Assembly: GCA_963675665.1 (NCBI GenBank)
Contig: OY776510.1
Location: forward strand, 1,408,001-1,472,000
DNA length: 64,000 nt
From: Spirochaetia bacterium
GTDB taxonomy: Bacteria; Spirochaetota; Spirochaetia; UBA9216
Direction of reading: 5' to 3'
Shown here piece after piece: positions 19,355 to 28,814 of the stretch (the stretch's first letter is position 1; each line of letters starts with the position of its first letter). Position numbers and translations under genes: made by a program. The notes under the pieces are model-generated. The model saw nothing but the letters and a program-made list of their open reading frames with translations. It was not told the origin of the DNA and ran no database searches.

Positions 19355-22300
19355 TTGAGTATGTTTAAAAGCGAGAGAATATTTTTTTCAACAGCAGCGA
19401 TTTTTTTGGTTCTTTTATTGGTCGCATTCGGCTATTTCTTTGTGACGGACGCTGTCTCGATGAAATCTGCCGATGAACAAACCGTTTACAGCCCGACTCC
19501 GGGAACAACACTGAGCCTGAACAGAGGCTGGAAAAGCTTTTCAGGTGCCGGTTTACAGGACGAACAGGATCTTTCGCCCGATACTTTCCGAACCGGATAC
19601 TATATATACAAGCTTACCCTGAAGACGGAAGGCATGAAGGGCCAGAATGCCTTTCTGATCAATCCCCTGTATTCGGCTTACATTTTGAGTGTTAACGGTG
19701 AGATTGTCTGTGAAACCGGAACTCCCGGTGAAGGTTCCGAGAAATTGTCATTGCTGAAGAGTCACTCTGTTCCATATCTTCAGAGTGAAGATCTTCTTGA
19801 AATTGAAATACAGGTTTCAAACAGCAGCAATTTGTACGGCGGAAGCATGAGCAACTGGATTTCCTACGGTCGTTATAATGATGTTGTCGTGCGGGAACAG
19901 CAGGGAAAGATCCTGGATTCTCTTATTATATTTATCTTTTTAACGATAGCATTTATTCATGTTTTTAATTACTTTTTTCAGCGTAAATACTCTCACAGCC
20001 TGTTTTTCTTTCTTTACCTTTTTGTATATGCGCTTTACGGAATGTTTTCAGGCCGTGTTATTGCTGCATATTTCCTGCCGGTAATGAGCGGAGAGTTTTT
20101 CATCAGGATGCAGTACCTTTTCATGATAATTGCATTTCCGATAATGCTGAATTATGTCCGCTCCATCTATCCGGCAGAGATTCATGGTTTTTCTGTAAAA
20201 TCAGTCCAGATAATCGCATTAGCTGTTTCCGTTTCCATCTTTATTTTTCCCCTGCATATTGCAAGATATATAATTCACGGGTATTCCGTATTGAGAGTGA
20301 CCGGGGCGGTTTATATTCTGTTCGGACTGGTAAAGGCTGCAAGGAGAAATGCGGACGGGGCATTATGGACAGCCGTAAGCTTCAGTATTCTTTTTATATG
20401 TCTGTTTAATGATTTTCTGTATTCCCTGGCAGTCATTTCGACAGTTCGTTTGACTTTTTTGGGCATGTTTGTTTTTTCGTTACATCAGACACATAAATTG
20501 GTTGAAAAAAACCTGGCTGATTACGATTCGGCGGAATCAGCCCATCGCCGGCTTGCCGTATTGGTAAGCCAGAACGAAAGTTTTCTGGAGCGTAATTCAA
20601 TAGAACTGGACAAACCTATCCGGAATGTTATTGAGCTTGGTGAAAGCCTTCTTAAGGGATCCATCGGGCCGCTTAATTCCGAACAGATAGCAACTTCGTC
20701 TCTTATTGTTTCAAACGGTGTCAGATTGTCCAATATGGTTAATGATATCCTGTATTTTTCGAGTATCAAGGAAAAGGCGATTGATCTGAACTATGGGCCG
20801 GTTAATCTTTTCAAAATATCCCGAAAAGTTATTAACAGCTGCGAGGCCCTGGTTGCGGTAAAGCATGTGGATCTTTCAATCAGGATTTCAAGGGATGTTA
20901 AGCCGGTTTATGCGGATGAAAGACGGCTTGAGCAGATTCTTTATAACATAACAAGCAACTCGATTCGTCATACAGCAAAAGGGCAGATTGAAATAGACTG
21001 TAATGAAAGTCCCGATAGTATTGAGATCAGGATCAGTGTTGAAGGTTCTGATTTTGATAAGGATGTTGTCGAAAAGCTGTTTGATGCCTATGAAAGGGGA
21101 ATTGACGAGGGGATAAACGAGCAGGATGCTTCGGATCTCAGCCTGGCAATAGCCTATAAGCTGATAGAGCTGCATGGAAAAGAGATAAGGGTAGAAACAG
21201 ACGGAAACAGGCTGGACTATTTATTCGAACTGGACTTGTGGACAGGCGGAGAAGGCCTTTCTGATGAAGAAGCCCTTGAAATGGACGCTTTGATAAATCT
21301 GCAGCCGGTTTTTGATGAAATAACTTCCGATCGTAATATTGAGGTATTGATTACCGGCAAAGATGTAGAGGAGCTGCAGATTTTAAAGAGTCAGTTATCA
21401 TCTTTAAATTATTCAGTACTCCCGATGATGTCGGGCGAAGAATTACTCGGAAGGGTTCGGGAGAATGCACCTCATCTGGTTGTAATGGACGTGAAACTTC
21501 CCGACATGAGCGGGTATGAAGTCTGCGGTGAAATTCGAAAAATATACTCCAAGGACGAGCTTCCCGTTATTCTTATCATAAACAAGGAAGATATCTCAGA
21601 CATGATGGAAGGTCTTACCTCCGGGGCGAATGATTTTCTTACCAGGCCGTATCTGCAGGAGGAATTCCTGACCAGGGTAAATACTCACCTGCAGTTGTCC
21701 AGAATAAGCAATATATACAGCAGGTTTGTGCCTACAGAATTTCTGCGTTCGCTGGGACAGGAAAATATTCTTGATGTCGAGCTTGGCGATCAGGTATCAC
21801 GGGAGATGACTATCCTGTTTGTTGATATACGTGCGTTTACAAATCTGTCTGAAAACATGACTCCGGAAGAGAATTTTAAATTCATAAATTCATATCTGAG
21901 CCGGTTCAGCCCGATGATTACCAATAACGGCGGATTCGTAGACAAGTATATAGGCGATGCGATAATGGCGCTGTTTCCGGATAAACCTGAAAACGCGCTT
22001 GCTGCCGCCAAAGAGATGATTGAGCATGTTAATGTGTATAACGGTCACCGGGCCAATTGCGGTTACCGGGCAATAAACATCGGAATCGGTATTCATACTG
22101 GAAATATGATTCTCGGTATTATTGGGGATCAGAAACGAATGCAGGGAACCGTTATTTCCGATGCAGTTAACCTGGCCTCCCGAATTCAGGACGTAACCAA
22201 GCTTTACAAGGCTAATATCGTGATTAGTCAGGAAACCTTTGTGAAGCTGGAAAACCCGATGGATTACAACTTCAGATTTCTCGGCAGGGTCAAGGTAAAG

Positions 22301-22555
22301 GGGAAGGACAAGGCTGTTGCCCTGTTCGAAATCTTTGACGCGGATGATGATGTCAAGCTTGACAAAAAGAACCGTACGAAAGCCGATTTTGAAGAAGCTA
22401 TAATGAACTTCTCAAGAAGGGAATTTGAAGAAGCGCAAAACCTGCTTATGAAAGTATCTGCCGTTGATCCCGACGACAAGACAGCGAAAATATTCATGGA
22501 ACGGATAGAGAAGATACGGCTTGCCGAAAAGAAGGATTTTCTTACGTCGCTGTAG
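19355..22555 (+). CDS. 7TM-DISM sensor / degenerate histidine kinase / REC / class III adenylate cyclase hybrid
   Basis: Extracellular domain plus multiple TM helices; degenerate HisKA/HATPase; REC (VMDVKLPDMSG); cyclase LFVDIRAFT, DKYIGDAIM, GIGIHTG, SDAVNLASR, KGK; start may be ATG 19361. Confidence 0.9.
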   Translation: MSMFKSERIFFSTAAIFLVLLLVAFGYFFVTDAVSMKSADEQTVYSPTPGTTLSLNRGWKSFSGAGLQDEQDLSPDTFRTGYYIYKLTLKTEGMKGQNAFLINPLYSAYILSVNGEIVCETGTPGEGSEKLSLLKSHSVPYLQSEDLLEIEIQVSNSSNLYGGSMSNWISYGRYNDVVVREQQGKILDSLIIFIFLTIAFIHVFNYFFQRKYSHSLFFFLYLFVYALYGMFSGRVIAAYFLPVMSGEFFIRMQYLFMIIAFPIMLNYVRSIYPAEIHGFSVKSVQIIALAVSVSIFIFPLHIARYIIHGYSVLRVTGAVYILFGLVKAARRNADGALWTAVSFSILFICLFNDFLYSLAVISTVRLTFLGMFVFSLHQTHKLVEKNLADYDSAESAHRRLAVLVSQNESFLERNSIELDKPIRNVIELGESLLKGSIGPLNSEQIATSSLIVSNGVRLSNMVNDILYFSSIKEKAIDLNYGPVNLFKISRKVINSCEALVAVKHVDLSIRISRDVKPVYADERRLEQILYNITSNSIRHTAKGQIEIDCNESPDSIEIRISVEGSDFDKDVVEKLFDAYERGIDEGINEQDASDLSLAIAYKLIELHGKEIRVETDGNRLDYLFELDLWTGGEGLSDEEALEMDALINLQPVFDEITSDRNIEVLITGKDVEELQILKSQLSSLNYSVLPMMSGEELLGRVRENAPHLVVMDVKLPDMSGYEVCGEIRKIYSKDELPVILIINKEDISDMMEGLTSGANDFLTRPYLQEEFLTRVNTHLQLSRISNIYSRFVPTEFLRSLGQENILDVELGDQVSREMTILFVDIRAFTNLSENMTPEENFKFINSYLSRFSPMITNNGGFVDKYIGDAIMALFPDKPENALAAAKEMIEHVNVYNGHRANCGYRAINIGIGIHTGNMILGIIGDQKRMQGTVISDAVNLASRIQDVTKLYKANIVISQETFVKLENPMDYNFRFLGRVKVKGKDKAVALFEIFDADDDVKLDKKNRTKADFEEAIMNFSRREFEEAQNLLMKVSAVDPDDKTAKIFMERIEKIRLAEKKDFLTSL

Positions 22556-22568
22556 ATTAGTTTTGATG

Positions 22569-23786
22569 TTAATCGAGTTTAAGCGGTGATGTTTCAAAAG
22601 TTTCAAGCGACAGAAACAATTGGTCCTGTGAATACAGGGCTGCGCCGATTGCCCCGGAATATCTTGTCAGTTTGGAGATTGCAAAACGTGTTTCTCCGGC
22701 AAAACCATGTTCATGATATCTTTTAATATAATCAAGAATGATTTCGGGTATTTCTCTGACTACGCCTCCGGTCAGGATCAATATTTTGGGATTTACAAGT
22801 TGTGTTATTATGCTTGTTACCTGTGCTATTTTTTTTGATACTTCCTGTACAACGGTATTGGCATAACGGTCTCCGTTGCTGCAGGCATGAAAAATAGGAG
22901 AAGCATCAACAACTTTTCTGGCCAGTTCGTCTTCCTGAAACTTTATCGACGTTATTACTCCCTTTTTTATTTCATTTTCCGCCTGCCTGCGAAGGGCCCA
23001 GCTTGAAGCATAGGTTTCAAGGCATCCCTGCTTTCCGCAGATGCAGATTCTGTCATCCTGTGAAACTCTTATATGACCGACTTCTGTGGCGAATCCGTTT
23101 TCTCCCCAGAAGACCTGGTTGTTGAGAACCAGCCCTCCGCCGATTCCCGCGCCGAGATTAAGAAGAAAAAAAGAATCGGTTTCCTGCCCCAGGCCTTTCC
23201 TCTGTTCTGCCAGGGTCATGGTTCTGGCGCTGTCTTTAAGGAAAATCGGAAGGTGGGCCCATTCGGGAAAAATGGAATCGAATTGTTGTTTTATGTTTAT
23301 GTTGTCCCATTCTGTAAAGAAAGGGACTTTTCTGCAGAGCATTTTATCTGTTTCCAGGAAGGCGGACATTGAAAGACCGATGCTGATAATTTTCTTTTCC
23401 GACAGCCCGTTTTCTTCCATGAGCTTGTTTATTACAACGCCAATATTCTGAAAAGTTTTTTCAGGACCAGTATCGAGTTTGCTGGGGTAGAAGGTTTCAG
23501 CCAGAGTTTCTCCGTTCAGATCGAGAATTATAATCTTGGTCTCCCAGCCGCCGATATCAATCCCTATGCTGTAAGCAATATATGATCTTATACGAATAAC
23601 ATTCAGTTTTCTTCCTACCTGGCCGGCGCTCTTTGCCTGAAAGTCCAGGTACTTTTTATTCTGTGCTGAATTCAGGTAGTTGTTTAAGGAGGAAGATGAT
23701 ACTCCGGTGAGATTAAGCAGTTCGGATTTTGTTAATCCGTCGTTTCTTCTCAGTGCGTCAAAGACGGAAAACTCGGTTCGATTCAT
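22569..23786 (-). CDS. ROK family transcriptional repressor
   Basis: N-terminal HTH, GIDIG, GAGIGGG, EVGH, CICGKQGCLE. Confidence 0.93.
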   Translation of the reverse strand: MNRTEFSVFDALRRNDGLTKSELLNLTGVSSSSLNNYLNSAQNKKYLDFQAKSAGQVGRKLNVIRIRSYIAYSIGIDIGGWETKIIILDLNGETLAETFYPSKLDTGPEKTFQNIGVVINKLMEENGLSEKKIISIGLSMSAFLETDKMLCRKVPFFTEWDNINIKQQFDSIFPEWAHLPIFLKDSARTMTLAEQRKGLGQETDSFFLLNLGAGIGGGLVLNNQVFWGENGFATEVGHIRVSQDDRICICGKQGCLETYASSWALRRQAENEIKKGVITSIKFQEDELARKVVDASPIFHACSNGDRYANTVVQEVSKKIAQVTSIITQLVNPKILILTGGVVREIPEIILDYIKRYHEHGFAGETRFAISKLTRYSGAIGAALYSQDQLFLSLETFETSPLKLD

Positions 23787-23849
23787 GCGACAATTCTATT
23801 CTGTTTGGAAGAAATAATCAATCATCTTTTCGTGTTATAAGTTCTAAAA

Positions 23850-23955
23850 GTGTTAAAATTAATATTAAAATTATATGATACACCATAAAAACCGTTAAAT
23901 AATATTAAAATTAATATAAATAAGGCTTGACAGCTGATGATAATTGCTGTATTAG
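23850..23955. promoter_or_regulatory. AT-rich repeated palindromes (candidate ROK operators) and sigma70 promoter
   Basis: ATATTAA-AA-TTAATAT at 23902-23917 with variants at 23850 and 23862; TTGACA(23927)-17-TATTAG. Confidence 0.5.
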
Positions 23956-23986
23956 TACAAATATAATCTTTAATTAGGGGCGAATA

Positions 23987-25348
23987 ATGAACAATACCGA
24001 AAGTTCACCTGTCTATGATGATCGAATGGGAGGGCAGATAAGCCGGAAAGAAATTGATGATATTATGAATAATCATTATATGCATGCCGATGTTCCCAAA
24101 GGTCCTTTTCTTGTAGAAGGAAAAGGCTGTGAAATAACCGATATAAACGGGAAAACTATAATTGACTGTCAGGCTCAGGCCTGGGCCCTCAATGCAGGGC
24201 ATTGTGTTGAAGAAATTATGGATGCGGCATTCAGGCAGGGTAAGATACTTGCGCATTGCAGGCCCGTCCACGATACCTTTCCCAGAACACGATTAATACA
24301 GAAACTTGCGGAAATAGCTCCGCATAATCTGAAAAAAGTAGGGCTGGCACTGGGCGGTTCTTCCGCTTCGGAGTCGGCTTTAAAGCTGGCAATGGTCAAC
24401 CGTCCGGAAGCGACAAATTTTATTACTCTTTATAATGCCTGGCATGGAAATTCATTAGCAACGATAGGTGCATCATGGACGCCGACGCTCACAAAAAAGC
24501 AAAAGTTCGGATTTGGAATTAAATTTAAACCGTTTATGCAGAATTTCCTTCGGGCACCCAATCCTTATTGTTACAGATGCTATTTTGGTGAGTCTCCGGA
24601 AAACTGTAAACTTACCTGTGCAAAAGTGCTGGAGCTGACAATAGAAAAAGCTGCGAGCGGTCCCGTGGCAGCGGTTTATCTTGAACCTTTACAGGGTGTA
24701 GGCGGCCAGATTCCGCTTCCCAAAAAATATCTGCAGGAAGTTAGAAGAATTTGTGATAAATACAATGTCCTGATGATGTTTGATGAAGTTCAAACCGCTT
24801 TCGGCAGAATGGGGACGATGTTTGCCGCCGATTATTACGGAGTATATCCCGATGTAATAGCCCTGGCAAAGGGAATGGGCAACGGCTGGCCCGTAGGAGG
24901 AATTCTGGCCAGCACGGATTTAAAATCGTTCGATTCCGATGGCGAAGATGCGTATACCTGTATGAATAATGCCATGATTCATGCCGCGGTTGTGGCTAAT
25001 ATAAAATATATACAGGATAAAAAGCTGTGCGAAAATGCCCGGATTATGGGTAATTATATTACTGAAAAAATAAAAGAGATACAGAAAAGAATACCGCAGA
25101 TTGGAGATGTCCGGGGTCCCGGTCTTCATATAGGTGTTGAATTTGTTGAAGACCCGGAAAGTAAAGTGCCTGCGGATGAGAAGACCCTGGAGGTTTATAA
25201 AAAGGGAATAGAAAAAGGCGTTTTCTTCGGTCTGAGCGGGGCAATAGATAATGTCTTGAAAATCAAGCCGCCGTTAAATATTGACAGGAAAACGGCAGAC
25301 AAAGTCCTGACGGTTTTTGAAGAATGCGTCACGGAAGTTTTTGGATAA
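23987..25348 (+). CDS. Class III PLP-dependent aminotransferase
   Basis: GGSSASE, AWHGNS, EPLQGVGG, FDEVQTAFGRMG, LAKGMGNG, GDVRGPGL, LKIKPPL. Confidence 0.93.
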   Translation: MNNTESSPVYDDRMGGQISRKEIDDIMNNHYMHADVPKGPFLVEGKGCEITDINGKTIIDCQAQAWALNAGHCVEEIMDAAFRQGKILAHCRPVHDTFPRTRLIQKLAEIAPHNLKKVGLALGGSSASESALKLAMVNRPEATNFITLYNAWHGNSLATIGASWTPTLTKKQKFGFGIKFKPFMQNFLRAPNPYCYRCYFGESPENCKLTCAKVLELTIEKAASGPVAAVYLEPLQGVGGQIPLPKKYLQEVRRICDKYNVLMMFDEVQTAFGRMGTMFAADYYGVYPDVIALAKGMGNGWPVGGILASTDLKSFDSDGEDAYTCMNNAMIHAAVVANIKYIQDKKLCENARIMGNYITEKIKEIQKRIPQIGDVRGPGLHIGVEFVEDPESKVPADEKTLEVYKKGIEKGVFFGLSGAIDNVLKIKPPLNIDRKTADKVLTVFEECVTEVFG

Positions 25349-25426
25349 TTATTGCCGAATAACCTGGAGTTTCATGATAGTATCTGACTGGAACCTCAGG
25401 TTAAAAATATATTTGGAGGTTTTTAA

Positions 25427-26791
25427 ATGAAAGGGTTTTTTAAGAAATTGATTCTGGCGTCTGTTCTTATGTTCCTGTTTCTCCTGCCCTGTTTCGGCGG
25501 AGGAGCCCAGGAAAGCGATCAGGTTGTTTTAAAGGTGATTGCCGAAATGCATAATCCTACATTGGCACTTGAAAAGCAGCTGCCGGAATTCGAAAAGCTT
25601 ACCGGAATCAAGGTTGAACTGGAATACGGTCCCATGGATTCCGTCGTGCAGAAAGAGTTGCTTGCTCTTCAGGCGGGAACAGCGGAGTATGATGTGATTT
25701 CTGCTCCGTTTCAGTTTATCGGAAGTTTCGTGGAAAATGACTACATTCTGGATATTGATGACATGATGGCTGATCCGCAGAATGCAATTGCCGGATTCAA
25801 TGCTGACAACATGGTTAAAGGCATGTGGGATGTAGCTGCAAACTGGAAAGGAAGCTATTACGGTGTGCCTTCGAACACCTGTATACAGATCCTTGCCTAT
25901 CGTAAAGATCTTTTTAAGGACCCGGCCGAAGCTTCCGCTTTCAAGGCAAAGTACGGATATGAGCTTGAAGTGCCCGACAACTGGAAAGCATACAAAGATA
26001 TCGCTGAGTTTTTTACACGGAGTAAGGGTGAAAAGCTTGCCGGTGAAGTTTTAAGCCAGGATTTCTACGGAATCACTTTTTCCGGGAAAAGACATGACGC
26101 GGCAGTCTGCGACTGGCAGAGCATTGCATGGTCTTTCGGCGGCGGTACTTTTAACGATTCAGGCGATCTTGTAATAGACAGTCCTGAAAATGTAAAAGCC
26201 CTAAGTTATATCAAAAGCCTGATACCATTTGCTCCTCCCGGAATAAGCATTAATACATGGGATGAGAAAACCACACAGTTTCAGCAGGGGCTGGTGGCAA
26301 TGACGATTATTTTCAATGATTGCGCGCCGGCAATTGAGGACATTGAGAATTCGCGGTCAGCAGGTAAAATGGGATATGCTGTTGTTCCGGTTGAGCAGAA
26401 AAGCATCGGTGGAAATTACGGCGCATGGGCATTCTATATTCCAAAGGATGCCAAAAACCCGGAAGCTTCATGGAAATTTTTGCAATGGGTAAGTACTCCC
26501 GAAGTGCAGAGAAATATTGTAACCGAAGGCGGAGGATTTCCAACTTTACAGTCCCTGTATAAAGATGAGGAGTTCAAATCTAGCATTCCTTACTGGGAAG
26601 GGTCTTATGAAGCCTACCAGATTTGCTCTTCCAAACCAAGGATTCCCGAATGGAATGAAATTAATAATGTTATTATGCTTCATCTTTCCAGAGTGTATAA
26701 TGACGAAGTTGCTCCTGAAGAAGCGCTTTCCAGCATGCGGAAAGAAATTAATGTCATAATGGAAGGAAAGCTGCCAATATCATATAAATAA
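25427..26791 (+). CDS. Sugar ABC transporter substrate-binding protein
   Basis: GGAQE signal region, FEKLTGIKV, YRKDLF, AWKFLQW-like motif. Confidence 0.9.
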   Translation: MKGFFKKLILASVLMFLFLLPCFGGGAQESDQVVLKVIAEMHNPTLALEKQLPEFEKLTGIKVELEYGPMDSVVQKELLALQAGTAEYDVISAPFQFIGSFVENDYILDIDDMMADPQNAIAGFNADNMVKGMWDVAANWKGSYYGVPSNTCIQILAYRKDLFKDPAEASAFKAKYGYELEVPDNWKAYKDIAEFFTRSKGEKLAGEVLSQDFYGITFSGKRHDAAVCDWQSIAWSFGGGTFNDSGDLVIDSPENVKALSYIKSLIPFAPPGISINTWDEKTTQFQQGLVAMTIIFNDCAPAIEDIENSRSAGKMGYAVVPVEQKSIGGNYGAWAFYIPKDAKNPEASWKFLQWVSTPEVQRNIVTEGGGFPTLQSLYKDEEFKSSIPYWEGSYEAYQICSSKPRIPEWNEINNVIMLHLSRVYNDEVAPEEALSSMRKEINVIMEGKLPISYK

Positions 26792-26859
26792 TGTATTCAC
26801 ACCCGCGGCAGGATATTGTCGCGGGGATTTATCCTTATCTGTCACCAGGAGATTCATAT

Positions 26860-27750
26860 ATGTATAAAAAGCTGAAAAGGGAGAGAACTGTTGCTCTGTC
26901 CTTTCATCTTCCTGCGATGATTATTCTTTTAATCATTACATTTATTCCGCTTTTGCTGAATATTAAGCAGAGTTTGTTTGATTTTAAACTTGCTTCTCCG
27001 GGAAGCGTTGATGATTTTATCGGATTTAAAAATTATGTAACAATATTTCATGATGTCAGGTTTTACAAATCCCTGGGCATTACCTTTATTTTTGTTCTTG
27101 CAGCAACCATTTTTGAGTTTCTGCTCGGAGCTGTTATTGCAGGTCTTTTGGATCAGGTTACAGTCGGAAGAAAAATATTATCGGCCCTGTGGATTGTTCC
27201 CATGACAATTGCGCCCCTTGTAGTGGGGTTGATGTTCAGTTTTATACTAAATCCGCAATTCGGGCTTTATGGATTTTTTCTTGATGTTACGGGTTCTTCA
27301 TTATCCAGGGCTCCTTTAAGCTCTTCCGTTTCAGCAATGATTGCCCTGATAATAACTGATATCTGGCAATGGACGCCCTATATGATTCTTATGCTTTTTG
27401 CCGGGCTTAAAACCCTTCCTTCCGAGCCTTATGAAGCGGCTGATATCGACGGCGTAAGCGGGTTCCAGAAGCTGAGGTATATAACCTTTCCCATGATGAA
27501 ACCGGTGATAACCGTTTCACTTATTCTCAGGGGTGTAGAGGCGTTTAAGGTTTTTGACAAACCGTATCTTCTTACGGGAGGAGGCCCCGGTTCCGCTACC
27601 GAGGTAATAGACCTTTATACTTATCGAAAGGCTTTCGTTGATTTTCATTTCAGTTACGCGTCGGCCCTTTGTCTGATTCTCTTTGTTCTTTTGCTCTGCT
27701 TTGGAATTCTTTACTGGTTCTTTTTTATGAGGAGGCAGTATGAAATATAG
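26860..27750 (+). CDS. Sugar ABC permease (MalF-like)
   Basis: FIGFKNY, DIWQWTP, YEAADIDG, LTGGGPG; AGGAG RBS before ATG 26860. Confidence 0.92.
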   Translation: MYKKLKRERTVALSFHLPAMIILLIITFIPLLLNIKQSLFDFKLASPGSVDDFIGFKNYVTIFHDVRFYKSLGITFIFVLAATIFEFLLGAVIAGLLDQVTVGRKILSALWIVPMTIAPLVVGLMFSFILNPQFGLYGFFLDVTGSSLSRAPLSSSVSAMIALIITDIWQWTPYMILMLFAGLKTLPSEPYEAADIDGVSGFQKLRYITFPMMKPVITVSLILRGVEAFKVFDKPYLLTGGGPGSATEVIDLYTYRKAFVDFHFSYASALCLILFVLLLCFGILYWFFFMRRQYEI

Positions 27751-28570
27751 ACTGGTAAGAAAACAGAGGATAAGGATAATCACGGCAATATTAGTTGTTC
27801 TGCTTCTTGTTTATCTGGTGCCCTATATCTGGATGATTTTAACATCGTTCAAATCAAGGCTGGATATTTTTGCAATGCCACCCAAAATTGTTTTTAAGCC
27901 TACATTTGACAATTACAGGATTGCTTTTGTAGATAAACACTTTCTTGAAAATGTTAAAAACAGTTTTATAGTGACATCATTAACGGTGATGTTTTCCCTT
28001 CTGATAGGGCTTCCTTCGGCATACGGATTTTCGAGGTTCAGGCTGAAAGGAGATAAAGTGTTATTTTTTTATCTTCTGGGAACACGGTTTACTCCTACCA
28101 TTGTTCTTGCCCTGCCTCTTTATTTCATAATGACCAGGCTGAGACTGCTGAATACTTTTGTCGGAATTATTGCGGCCCACACAGCTTTTAATATTCCTTT
28201 TGTTGTATGGATGATGAAAAGTTTCTTTGATTCGGTTCCGCGGCAGGTTGACGAGGCTGCCATTGTAGACGGCTGCGGCTGGTTTTCCGTCTTTGTAAAG
28301 ATGGCTCTTCCTCTTACCAAAAGCGGAATAGCTGCAACCGCTGTTTTCTGTGCTATAAATTCATGGAATGAATTTCTGATGGCCCTGATTCTTACCGGCG
28401 GCAAGACGGCCACACTTCCGGTCGCAATTCCCAGGCTTTTGACCCCGCAGGGTACAGCCTGGGGACAATTGACGGCAGTCGGTTCGGTCGTAACAGTTCC
28501 GGTAATAATCTTTGCGTTTCTGGTGCAGAAACACATGGTCCGCGGATTGTCGAGCGGTGCGATAAAATAG
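27740..28570 (+). CDS. Sugar ABC permease (MalG-like)
   Basis: DEAAIVDG, SWNEF, VRGLSSGAIK. Confidence 0.92.
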   Translation: MKYRLVRKQRIRIITAILVVLLLVYLVPYIWMILTSFKSRLDIFAMPPKIVFKPTFDNYRIAFVDKHFLENVKNSFIVTSLTVMFSLLIGLPSAYGFSRFRLKGDKVLFFYLLGTRFTPTIVLALPLYFIMTRLRLLNTFVGIIAAHTAFNIPFVVWMMKSFFDSVPRQVDEAAIVDGCGWFSVFVKMALPLTKSGIAATAVFCAINSWNEFLMALILTGGKTATLPVAIPRLLTPQGTAWGQLTAVGSVVTVPVIIFAFLVQKHMVRGLSSGAIK

Positions 28571-28571
28571 A

Positions 28572-28596
28572 TAAGGGGGGTCCCGACTCCCTTTTT
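28572..28596 (+). terminator. Probable terminator
   Basis: AAGGGGGG-TCCCGA-CTCCCTTTTT. Confidence 0.6.
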
Positions 28597-28731
28597 AACC
28601 TTTCCGGGTATGTTTGTTTTCTCATGATATCAGATTCAGAGACATATCCTGAAAGGTCTGCAGATTACAATTCGGCTGAATCTGCCCGCAGCCGGCACGC
28701 CGAAAAGAAAGATTTTCTTGCGTCGCTGTAG
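28595..28731 (+). pseudogene. Internally deleted remnant of the hybrid cyclase gene
   Basis: Translates LTFPGMFVFS*YQIQRHILKG(fs)ADYNSAESARSRHAEKKDFLASL*, matching 20450-20558 joined to 22517-22555. Confidence 0.85.
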
Positions 28732-28814
28732 ATTTTTTATGATAGTTTGGCCTAATAATTGTAACAACACCTATTTTATGCTAAAATCATGATAATTTAT
28801 CACATGGGGGCAAC

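Noticed and set aside
25360-25403. Intra-operon hairpins around the SBP gene (also 26802-26825)
   Set aside because: Common mRNA-stabilising stems flanking ABC binding-protein genes; not unusual.
22523-28734. 36-bp direct repeat as phage/ICE attL-attR
   Set aside because: No integrase, and the right copy belongs to a longer decayed gene remnant, so site-specific integration is not supported.
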